From an uncultured delta proteobacterium (GTDB lineage Bacteria > Myxococcota_A > Polyangia > Palsa-1104): a stretch of DNA of 64,000 nt. Position 1 is the stretch's first letter, and the number at the start of each line of letters is the position of its first letter. A program made the translations under genes and the position numbers. Positions 10,934 to 22,478 of this stretch are shown here, in pieces. The stretch is from NCBI GenBank assembly GCA_963785725.1, contig CAWAWS010000007.1:224001-288000 (forward strand), given 5' to 3'. The notes beneath the pieces are model-generated. The model was not told where the DNA came from. It saw only the letters and a program-made list of their open reading frames with translations, and did no database searches.

Positions 10934-12317
10934 CTACAAAAGGACGCGTTCGTCGTCTTCTACGAGCAGATCTTCATTGATGACCTCGGCGTCGCGCAGG
11001 CGCTCCTCGGTCAAGGTCTCGAAGAAGGCGCGCAGCTCGGGCAGCGCCGCCATCAGTCGCTCGAAGTATTCGCGCGCCAAGAAGAGCACGGTCGACTGGC
11101 GAGCGGCGCGCACGGTGGCCATCGCCGGCGTGCCGCGCACGAGGGCGATCTCGCCGAAGACGTCGCCGGTGCGCAAGGTCGCCAGCGTCGTCTCGAAGGG
11201 CTCGTCGCCTTGGACGACCTCGACTTCGCCCGACAGCACGACGTAGAGGCCGCGACCGGGATCGCCCTCGCGGATGAGCTCGGTGCCGGGCGCCACATCG
11301 TGGCCGGTGAAGCGGCGCGCCAAGTCCACGCGCTGCGGCGGCGAAAACGGGCGGAACAGCGGCGACGTCGCCAGCAGGTTCTTGAGCAGCCGCTCGCGCG
11401 TGAAGCGGTCGAGCGCCTCGGCCAGCTGCGGCAGCTCCTCGGCTGCGGCCCGTAGCGCGTCGGCGCCGAGCTCGAGCAGATCGGCCTCGCCCACCACCTC
11501 CACCGACGCGGCGCGCGGCTGCGCGGCGACCAACGCCAGCTCGCCGAAGATGGCGCCTTCGCCGAGCCGCGCCAGCTCCGTCTGCTTGCCGAGCGCGTCG
11601 CTGTTGTAGACGCGAACGTGGCCGGCCGCGACGAGGAAGAAGCTCGTGCCCGGCTCGCCTTCGCGGACGACGGCCTCGCCGTGATGCAGAGCGGGTCACG
11701 CGCACCGTCGACAACACGCGGGCGAAGGCGGCCGGCTGCAGCTCCGACAAGAGCGGCACGGGCGGAAACAGCGCCGGGAATTCGTTCAGGCTCGTCGTCG
11801 ACGACGCGACTTCGGCGGCCGATTGCGCGGCGGCCGCAGGATCGGCTTCGTCGGTCATGACCGGCGCCGGCACGTCGGTCGCGGGATCGGGCGGCGCCAA
11901 GCGTCCGCCGCGACCGCCCGGCTCTTCACCCGCGGCACGGCGTTTCCCGTCTACGGCCGGATCCTCGCTGGCGGGCCGGCGACGATTGTCGACGATCTTG
12001 GGCGAGCCGAGGCCGTACAGCTGCGCCAGCGACTCCTGCAGCGCGACGACGTCGGCGCCGAGCGAGTGCAACGCTTGCGCAGCCACGAGCGCGTGTAACG
12101 GTCGGCCGCCTTGTAGATCGTAGAAGGCCACGGCCGCGTAGACGCGCCGCGCCAGATCGTGCTGCCGTGCGGTCACGCACAGGTCGGCCACTTTCATGCG
12201 CGCATCGAGGTCGGACGGCACCGCGCGCAAGATCGCCTCGTACAGCCGGAAGGCGCGGCCGAGGTCGCCCAGCACCAGGTAACGCAACGCTTGAGTCTTG
12301 AGCTCGACGAGCTGCAT
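10934..12317 (-). CDS. Tandem cyclic-nucleotide-binding domain protein with N-terminal TPR-like region, apparent +1 frameshift near 11690
   Basis: Two cNMP folds (REGEPG..FGELALV; REGDPG..FGEIALV) split over two frames; span 3n+1. Confidence 0.8.
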
Positions 12318-12378
12318 GCGCTGCAGGATATTCGAATTCGCGTCCGTCTGGAAAAGTCGGATATACTGCGGACGCCGA

Positions 12379-13632
12379 ATGTCCGCGAAGAAGACGTGCG
12401 TCTCCTGCGGCAAGCAGATCCCGAGCGTCGCGCTCGTGTGCGTCTTCTGCTCGGCCGCGCAGCCGGAAGCCTCCGCCAGCGACACGGCGACGGCACCGCA
12501 AGCGGCCGCAGCAACCGACGCCGCGCCGACGGTCGAGATCGCCTCGTCGTCTAATTCCGGGCGTCATCACACCGACCCGACGCTGCTCGGGATCCGCGCC
12601 GAAGACGTGCGCGCGATGGCCGCGGCGCAAGCGGCCGAGGCGGCTGCGGCGCCGTCGAGCAACGGCACGCCGGCTGCGGTACGACCGACGGCGGCGATGG
12701 CGGCGGTCGTCCTGCCCGAGCCCGAGGTCGCGGCCGAAGCGCCGGCGCGGGTCGATGCCGGCGCCGGCCAAACGATCACGATCGACGAAGAGACGCCGGC
12801 GACGGCCGTCGACTCCGAGCCCAGCCAGCCGACGATCGATCCGGTGCCGCTGCCGATCACGCGCCGCTCGCCGGTCTACGTCGGTGAGCCGTGGGCCGGG
12901 CTCGGTCGCGTCATCATGGGCATCGGCGGCGCCGTCCTGGTCGCGCTCTTTTTCTGTCCCTGGCATGGCGTGTCCTCGTGGCAGCTCTTGGAGACGCTGG
13001 CGGGCGCCGATTTCGTGCGTCAGCTGTTCTATTTGACCGGCGGCATCGTGCTCTTGGCGACCGCGATCTTGCCGCTGCCGTTCCTGTTCCGCGCCGGCGT
13101 CGGCACCTTCGTGGCCGCGCTGCCGGTGCTGCTCGGCGCCAACGGTGTCCTCGACGGCTGGCGCGGCGTCGTCGCGGCGCTCGCCGTGCTCGGCCTGCCG
13201 GCGACGCATCTGTTGCGTTCGCGGGCGCGCGCTTCGTCGCTGGCGCGCCTGTTGGTCATGGCCGCCGTCGCTGCCGTCGTGCTGCTTTATCTGGCGCCGA
13301 TGTCGTCGGTGGTGCCGATCGTGTTCGTCATCAAGATGATCTGCTCGGGCTCGCTCGGCTACGCGGTGCTGGGCCTGTTCGTGCTCATTCCGCTCTTGTT
13401 CGCGGGCCTGTCGCTGCTCGGCGTCATGGGTCGCGATCTGACGGAGATCGGCGTGCTCTTGTCGGTGCTGATCTTGCTCTGGGCGCCGGTGACGGTGGCC
13501 TTGCGCGGGCTCATGATCGACGACGGCACGCAGCTGTATGTCGCGCTGGCGCTGTTGTGGGCGTCGGCGACGGCGGCTTTGTCGCTGGCGCAGCTCCTGT
13601 CGGTCGCGGCGGCGCGCGCGCAGAGCTCGTGA
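12379..13632 (+). CDS. Zinc-ribbon, Pro/Ala-linker, multi-pass membrane protein
   Basis: CVSC...CVFC, low-complexity linker, ~8 hydrophobic helices. Confidence 0.7.
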   Translation: MSAKKTCVSCGKQIPSVALVCVFCSAAQPEASASDTATAPQAAAATDAAPTVEIASSSNSGRHHTDPTLLGIRAEDVRAMAAAQAAEAAAAPSSNGTPAAVRPTAAMAAVVLPEPEVAAEAPARVDAGAGQTITIDEETPATAVDSEPSQPTIDPVPLPITRRSPVYVGEPWAGLGRVIMGIGGAVLVALFFCPWHGVSSWQLLETLAGADFVRQLFYLTGGIVLLATAILPLPFLFRAGVGTFVAALPVLLGANGVLDGWRGVVAALAVLGLPATHLLRSRARASSLARLLVMAAVAAVVLLYLAPMSSVVPIVFVIKMICSGSLGYAVLGLFVLIPLLFAGLSLLGVMGRDLTEIGVLLSVLILLWAPVTVALRGLMIDDGTQLYVALALLWASATAALSLAQLLSVAAARAQSS

Positions 13633-14260
13633 TCGTCGGCCGCTCCGTCGAGGGGCGCGCCATCGAGGCGGTCGACCTCGGCTCCGGCGACGTGGGCGCG
13701 CTCGTCTTCGGCGCCATCCACGGCGACGAGCCGGGCGCGGCCGAGCTGTGCCACCGCTTCGTCAATCGGTTGCGGCGCGGGTCGCCGCCGGCGCGGACGA
13801 TCGTCGTGCCCGTCGCCAACCCCGACGGGCTCGTGCGCGCGACCAAGAACAACGCCCACGACGTCGATCTCAACCGCAATTTCCCGGCGCAGAACTGGGT
13901 GCGCGAGCATAAGCCGGGCTACGATCCGGGCGCGCAGCCGCTGTCGGAGCCGGAGTCGCAGGCGCTGGCCGCGCTCATCGAACGCCTACAGCCGCGCGTG
14001 CTCGTGGCCGTGCATCAGCCGCTGCACTGCGTGAACTGGGACGGTCCGGGGCAGGCGCTGGCCGAGGAGATGGCGCGCTTGTCGGGCTATCCCGCCGTCG
14101 CCAGCGTCGGCTATCCGACGCCGGGCTCGTTCGGGTCGCGCTACGGCGTCGACGAGCAGCGCGTCGTCATCACGCTCGAGCTGCCGCGCCCGGTGCTCGA
14201 CGCCGATTGGGAGACGTGCCAGGCCGCGCTCCTCTACGCGGCCGCTTATCGCGCCGGACC

Positions 14261-14264
<4 letters not shown>
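13629..14264 (+). CDS. mpaA: M14 zinc carboxypeptidase, murein peptide amidase A-like
   Basis: GRSVEGR, IHGDE, NPDG, VDLNRNFP, SEPES, GYPTPGSFG, ITLEL; GTGA overlap. Confidence 0.8.
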
Positions 14265-15646
<1,382 letters not shown>

Positions 15647-15742
15647 TGACGCGCTGCAGAACGACAAGTTACAAAGATCTTACGCTCCGCACACGCACTC
15701 GACTCCGCGCCTGCCGTAATTAGATGGTGCCGGAGGTGGATT

Positions 15743-15871
15743 ATGCGATTTTGGGCGGACTACACATTGGGGCTGGCGATCGTCTTGTTTCATCTCGTCG
15801 CGATCTCGCTGCGCGGCGAAGAGCTGCAGCTGTCCGAGCACAGCGACGTGCTCGACCCCTCCGAAGCTTAA
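15743..15871 (+). CDS. Putative 42-aa small membrane protein
   Basis: GGAGGT SD before ATG; MRFWADYTLGLAIVLFHLVAISLRGEELQLSEHSDVLDPSEA*. Confidence 0.5.
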   Translation: MRFWADYTLGLAIVLFHLVAISLRGEELQLSEHSDVLDPSEA

Positions 15872-16731
15872 AACCCTAGGAATGGACGGCCGCGGCCGAC
15901 GGCGCGGGCTTCGGCGATGCGCACGCGGACGCGGCTACAGGCGCCGCTGACGGCTTCGCGCATGGGGGTGCCGAACGCCAAGCGGCAGGCGATCTCCGAC
16001 GCCAGCGCACAGCCGGTGCCGTGCGGCGTGACGCCTTCGACGCGCTCGCCGCGGATGATCTCCTGACCTTCTTCGTCGACGAGCACATCGAACATCTCGT
16101 GCGTCGTGTGCGGCAAGTGGCCGCCTTTGGCGAGCACGGCGCGCGGTCCGAACGTGCGCAAACGACGCGCGGACTCGGCCATCGCGTCCGGATCTTCGGC
16201 GACGTGACGCGCGGTCAAGACGGCCAGCTCGTCGAGGTTGGGCGTCACGACCGTCGCCATCGCCAACAGCGGCGCCAGCGCTTGCATGGCGTTGCCTTCG
16301 AGCAGCGGGATGCCGCGCGTCGCCTTCAACACCGGGTCGACGACGATGGGCACGTGGCTCTCGGCCAGGCGGCGCAGGGCCTTGGCGACGGCCGTGGCCA
16401 TCTCGGCGTTGCCGAGCATGCCGATCTTGACGCCGCGAATCTCGAAGTCGTCGACGAGGCGCGCGATCTGGTTCGACACCATCGAGACGTCGGCCGGATG
16501 CATCCACGAGCACATGACCGAGTCCTGCTCGGTGAGCGCGGTCACGATGCCGGCGACGTGAAAGCCATGCTGCATCACGACGTGCGCGTCGGCGAGGATG
16601 CCGGCGCCGCCCGATGGATCGAGCCCGGCGATGACCAAGACCGACGCCTGCTGCACCGGTCCGCGGACGATGCGCCGCGTATCGGACGGCGCCATCTCTT
16701 CCCAGGCGCCGGGCGCGTTCGGCTCTCGCAT
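15868..16731 (-). CDS. thiD: Hydroxymethylpyrimidine/phosphomethylpyrimidine kinase
   Basis: IAGLDPSGGAGILAD, VKIGML, VVDPV, TPNLDE, KGGH, HGTGC; start approximate. Confidence 0.9.
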   Translation of the reverse strand: MREPNAPGAWEEMAPSDTRRIVRGPVQQASVLVIAGLDPSGGAGILADAHVVMQHGFHVAGIVTALTEQDSVMCSWMHPADVSMVSNQIARLVDDFEIRGVKIGMLGNAEMATAVAKALRRLAESHVPIVVDPVLKATRGIPLLEGNAMQALAPLLAMATVVTPNLDELAVLTARHVAEDPDAMAESARRLRTFGPRAVLAKGGHLPHTTHEMFDVLVDEEGQEIIRGERVEGVTPHGTGCALASEIACRLAFGTPMREAVSGACSRVRVRIAEARAVGRGRPFLGF

Positions 16732-16858
16732 CACCTGTCTTCGCCTGGGCGCATTGGGTCCCGAGTCTAACATCGAGTAACCGCGAGCGGAACGCGTGAT
16801 GGGGGTCATTTCCGCGCCGGGCCGGAAGGCCGCATTCTGTGTTAAAATGCTGGCTTCG

Positions 16859-17487
16859 ATGGGTTCCTCGCGCCGTACGGCGGTCCTATTCGCTCTTCTC
16901 CTCGTCAGCGGCGCGGCGCGTGCGCAGTCCCAGGACGACCTGGCGCGGGCCAAGACCCATTACGAGGCCGGCCACGCGCTCTACAACTTGGGTAATTACA
17001 CGGAAGCGCAGCGCGAGTTCGCGGCCGGCTACCAGCTGGTGCCGCGGCCGGGCTTCTTGCTGAACCTGGGACAGTGCGCGCGCAAGCTGGGGAATTTGCA
17101 GCACGCCAAAGAGATGTATCAGCGCTTCTTGGGCGCGGTGCCGGCCAATGATCCGCAGCGCGTCGAGGCGACTCAGGTGTTGGCCGAGCTCGACAAGCAG
17201 CTGGCCGAGCAGCCGGTCGTGACGCCGACGCCGCCCGAGGTCAAGCCGGCCGTGGCGCATCCGGTCGCGCCCGAAGCGACGACGCCGGCGATCGTCACGC
17301 CGGCGGCGCTGTCGTTGACGGCGTCGCCGCCGCCGCGCAAGTCGTGGATCAAGCGCAACTGGTGGGTCATTCCCGTCGGTGCGGTCGTCGTCGGCGTGGG
17401 CGTCGGGCTCGGCGTTTACTACGGCACCAAGCCGGCCGGCGCGTGCAAGAGCGGTGACTTAGCCTGTTGGAACTTGTCGAATCCGCA

Positions 17488-17491
<4 letters not shown>
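16859..17491 (+). CDS. Secreted TPR protein with C-terminal membrane anchor
   Basis: Signal peptide, TPR pattern, WWVIPVGAVVVG TM segment. Confidence 0.75.
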
Positions 17492-19035
<1,544 letters not shown>

Positions 19036-19046
19036 GCGCGCTCGCT

Positions 19047-19829
19047 TCAGCCGCGCGTCAGGTGAATCGAGCCGCCGCCGGTGCGCATGTCGAGCGAGCC
19101 GGCGCTGCCGTCGCCGATGCGGCCGCGAAAGCTCTGGCGATCTTGGTCGGGCTGCAACCCGAAGTCGTTGTTGGCGCTGCCGCCGCCGGTCTCGGCGTCG
19201 ACGTTCAAGCGGCTGTCGCCGGGAATGCAGACGTGGATGCTGCCGCCGCCGGTCTCGACTTTGTTGCGGCCGGAGAGCGTGCCGTCCACCTTGATGCCGC
19301 CGCCGCCGGTCTCGATGTCGATGCTGCCGGCGATGTGACGCGCCTCCACGCTGCCGCCGCCGGTGCGCAACCGCAAGTCGCCGCGCGAATCGGCGATGAG
19401 GATGGAGCCGCCGCCGGTCTCGACGTGGATGCCGCCGGAAAAGCCGGTGGCGTCGACCTGGCCGCCGCCGGTGCGCACGTCAATCTTGGCGTCGGCGGGC
19501 GCAGTGATGCGGAAGTCGACGCTGCGGCCGTTGTTGCCCCAGTCGTGCGCCTGTTTGTAGTGGATGACGACTTTGTTGCCGTCGAGGCGGGCGCCGGCGT
19601 CGAGCTTGCGCGCCTCGTCGTCGCTGTTGGCTTTGCGCTCGGCCTCGACGCGCACGACGCCGGCCGGGCCGGTCACGAGGGTGACGCCGCCGCCGTCGCT
19701 GGCGACGTTGATGACGCTGTGCGCGCCGACCTTGAACTCGTCCTTGGTGACGACCGTCGAGTGCGCGGCGGCGACGGCGCTGAGGCCGAGGCTCATGGTG
19801 ACGATCGAGAAAAGCGGAATCTGGCGCAT
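19047..19829 (-). CDS. DUF4097-like beta-strand repeat secreted protein
   Basis: Repeated (R/E)TGGG(S/G/Q) units, signal peptide, AGGAG SD. Confidence 0.8.
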   Translation of the reverse strand: MRQIPLFSIVTMSLGLSAVAAAHSTVVTKDEFKVGAHSVINVASDGGGVTLVTGPAGVVRVEAERKANSDDEARKLDAGARLDGNKVVIHYKQAHDWGNNGRSVDFRITAPADAKIDVRTGGGQVDATGFSGGIHVETGGGSILIADSRGDLRLRTGGGSVEARHIAGSIDIETGGGGIKVDGTLSGRNKVETGGGSIHVCIPGDSRLNVDAETGGGSANNDFGLQPDQDRQSFRGRIGDGSAGSLDMRTGGGSIHLTRG

Positions 19830-19845
19830 GCGCGGCTCCTTTAGA

Positions 19846-20874
19846 ATGGCTGCCTCCGGTCGTGACCGGGCGCGGGCGCTGGTTTCAGCGTTTTTGCTGC
19901 TGGCGGTGCCGACCGTCGCCGCCGCGGACCCGGTGACGCTGCGCATGTCGACGATCGCGCCCGTCGGCAGCGGCTGGGCGCGCGAGCTGGCCGCCTTCGC
20001 GCGCGACGTCGAGGCCTCCACCGACGGCAGCGTCCGCGTCAAAGTCTACTACGGCGGGATCGCCGGCGACGAGTTCGAGGTCCTCGAACGCATCAAGCGC
20101 GATCAGCTCGACGGCGCCATCGGCTCGGAGATGTGCGTGCGCGTCGCGCCGTCGATGCGGGTGACGCGTATCGTCGGCATGTTCGCCAGCCGCGAGGAGT
20201 CGGCCTACGTCGTGACGCGGTTGAAGCCGCTGCTCGACCAGGAGTTCCTGCGCGCCGGCTTCATCAACCTGGGCGAAGCGACGCTCGGCCCCGAAGTGCT
20301 GTTCACACGCACGCCGGTGCACGACATGGCGGAGCTGCGGCGGCTCAAGCTGTGGATCTGGGACCTCGACGGCGCGCTGGCGACGCAATCGGAGGCGCTC
20401 GGGCTGCACGTGCAAGCCGCGCCCATCGAAAAGGCGGCGCGCCTCTACGACGAGCGCGCCGTCGACGGGTTCATCGCGATTCCGACGGGCGCGCTGGCGT
20501 TTCAGTGGTCGGCGCAAGTTCGCTATCTGGAGACGCTGCGCCTGAGCTATCGCAACGGCTGCCTCATCTATTCGAGCCGCGCCTTCGACGCGCTCGGCAT
20601 CGAGCAGCAGCGCATCGTGCGCTCGGCGGCGGCCAAGCTGCGGGCGCGCATCGACGACTTGAGCGCGCGCCAAGACGACGCGCTGCTCGGCGGCCTGTTG
20701 GCGCGCCAAGGCCTGTCGGCAGTGCCGGTGAGCGAGCAGTTTCGCTTCGAGTTCTTCGACGCCGCGCGCGACACGCGACAGCGGCTGGGCGCGAAGGTCG
20801 TGTCCGCGCAGCTGCTCGATCAAGTGCTCAGCTGGCTGGCCGACTATCGCGCCGAGCATCAACGGCCGCAATGA
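19846..20874 (+). CDS. dctP: TRAP transporter substrate-binding protein (DctP-like)
   Basis: STIAPVGSGW, TDGSVRVKVYYGGIAGDE, QLDG motifs. Confidence 0.8.
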   Translation: MAASGRDRARALVSAFLLLAVPTVAAADPVTLRMSTIAPVGSGWARELAAFARDVEASTDGSVRVKVYYGGIAGDEFEVLERIKRDQLDGAIGSEMCVRVAPSMRVTRIVGMFASREESAYVVTRLKPLLDQEFLRAGFINLGEATLGPEVLFTRTPVHDMAELRRLKLWIWDLDGALATQSEALGLHVQAAPIEKAARLYDERAVDGFIAIPTGALAFQWSAQVRYLETLRLSYRNGCLIYSSRAFDALGIEQQRIVRSAAAKLRARIDDLSARQDDALLGGLLARQGLSAVPVSEQFRFEFFDAARDTRQRLGAKVVSAQLLDQVLSWLADYRAEHQRPQ

Positions 20875-20892
20875 CGCGGCTATAATGGTCGC

Positions 20893-21219
20893 ATGCGTAA
20901 CCTAATCTTCGGTCTCTTCGTGCTCGCCGGCTGTGGTCAGAGCGTGGCCGACAAATGCAGCTCGGTGAACGACCAGGTCGCCCAGATCATCGCGTTGGCG
21001 CAGACCTGCACGACCGCCTCCGATTGCGTGACGGTCACCGGCACCTGCGCCGAGGCGGATCAGTGCGGCGTCACCGTCAACATGGCCAACGCCGCCAAGC
21101 TCAGGCCGCTCGACGCCGATTGGACCGTCGACGGCTGCAGTCAGGGCACCGGCTGCACGCAGTGTCCCGAGCCGGTCACGCCGGTGGCCTGCACCAACGG
21201 CGTCTGCACCGGCGGCTAA
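20893..21219 (+). CDS. Cys-rich lipoprotein
   Basis: LAGC lipobox, multiple Cys; TATAAT 6 nt upstream of ATG. Confidence 0.7.
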   Translation: MRNLIFGLFVLAGCGQSVADKCSSVNDQVAQIIALAQTCTTASDCVTVTGTCAEADQCGVTVNMANAAKLRPLDADWTVDGCSQGTGCTQCPEPVTPVACTNGVCTGG

Positions 21220-21228
21220 ACGACGCGC

Positions 21229-22140
21229 ATGCGCGTGCATTACCAGCTGCTGGAGACGCTGCTCGAGCTCGAACGCGCGCCGTCGTTCGCCGCCGCGGCC
21301 GCGACGCTGCGCGTGAGCACGTCGGCGGTGAGCCAGCGGCTGCAGCAGCTCGAGCATCAGCTCGGGTTCGCGCTCTTCGAGCGCTTCGGGCGGCGCAATC
21401 GCATGACGCAAGCGGGCCGCGAGCTGTGCGCGACGGTGCGCGAGAGCTTCCAGCAGATCGACGAGAGCGTCGCCAAGATGCGCGGCGACGACGTCGAAGC
21501 GCGCGGCAAAGTGCGCATCGGCGGCCCCATCATCTTCTCGCGCATGTGGCTGCGACCGCGCTTGGCCATCCTGAAGAAGCGCTATCCGCTCATCATCCCC
21601 GACGTCACGTATCACTTGGCGTGGCGGCTGACCGAGCAGCTGGTCAGCGGCGAGGTCGACCTCTGCATCATCGCCGGGCCGGTCGAGAACGAGGCGCTCG
21701 AGTCGCGGCTCATCTACACCGAGGAGTTCGTGTGCGTCGCCTCGCCCGGCTACCTCGCCGCGCACGGCACGCCGCGCACGCTCGAGGACTTCGCCAGCCG
21801 CCCCTTCATCATCTACGACGTCGACTCGTGGATGCTGCGGCCTTGGTGGCGCGCAAAATTTGGCCAACGCGCACAGCTACCCACCAAGCACGCCGGCCGC
21901 ATCAGCAACCTCGATGAGATGTTGGCGCTCACCGAAGCCGGCGTCGCGCTGTGTGTGCTGCCCAGCTTCTTCGTCGACGACGCGCTGGCGCGGCGGTCGG
22001 TCGTGCTCGTCGAGCCGGCGCGTCCGGGCGATAAGCCGGTGCGCCGCGCGCTCTTTCCCATTCACCTCGCGTGGCGCCGCTCCATGACGGAGACGGCTCG
22101 TTTGCGCAGCGTTCGCGAGTTTCTCCTCGCCGAGCTGTAG
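21229..22140 (+). CDS. LysR family transcriptional regulator
   Basis: SFAAAA..L.VSTSAVSQRLQQLE..LG..LFER HTH, substrate-binding domain. Confidence 0.92.
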   Translation: MRVHYQLLETLLELERAPSFAAAAATLRVSTSAVSQRLQQLEHQLGFALFERFGRRNRMTQAGRELCATVRESFQQIDESVAKMRGDDVEARGKVRIGGPIIFSRMWLRPRLAILKKRYPLIIPDVTYHLAWRLTEQLVSGEVDLCIIAGPVENEALESRLIYTEEFVCVASPGYLAAHGTPRTLEDFASRPFIIYDVDSWMLRPWWRAKFGQRAQLPTKHAGRISNLDEMLALTEAGVALCVLPSFFVDDALARRSVVLVEPARPGDKPVRRALFPIHLAWRRSMTETARLRSVREFLLAEL

Positions 22141-22195
22141 CTTGGTATCGATGGTCGCTCGCTCCGGCTCGGTCGCAGGTTTGGCTACCGCTTTC

Positions 22196-22210
22196 TTAAG
22201 CCACGCTTAA
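22196..22210. promoter_or_regulatory. Palindromic LysR-type T-N11-A site upstream of efflux operon
   Basis: TTAAG-CCACG-CTTAA centred ~66 nt before ATG 22269. Confidence 0.55.
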
Positions 22211-22268
22211 CAGTATCGTCAGATCTTCGCGGCTGACTGCTGAATCGCAGTTCTCTATGTTGGGGTGC

Positions 22269-22475
22269 ATGAAGCCCGCGGCCATGGCCCGTTCGTCACA
22301 CGAGCTCTTGGAAGAGCTGGCGCAGCTCGCACAGGCGGCCGAGGACGAATTCGGTGAATTGAAGCTGTGCACCGAAGAGCTGGGCCAGCGCATCCGACAC
22401 TTGCGGGCCATGGTGGCAGTCGTGCAAAAGCGCGTCGATCGCGTCGACGGTGTCGACATCATCAAAGGGGAGTAA
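22269..22475 (+). CDS. Small coiled-coil protein leading the RND operon
   Basis: Heptad-like sequence; TATGTT box 7 nt before ATG; 3' end supplies GGAG SD for the permease. Confidence 0.5.
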   Translation: MKPAAMARSSHELLEELAQLAQAAEDEFGELKLCTEELGQRIRHLRAMVAVVQKRVDRVDGVDIIKGE

Positions 22476-22478
22476 GCC

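Noticed and set aside
19060..19480. CCGCCGCCGGT repeats as a CRISPR array
   Set aside because: They are coding TGGG repeats of the DUF4097-like protein; too short and no cas genes
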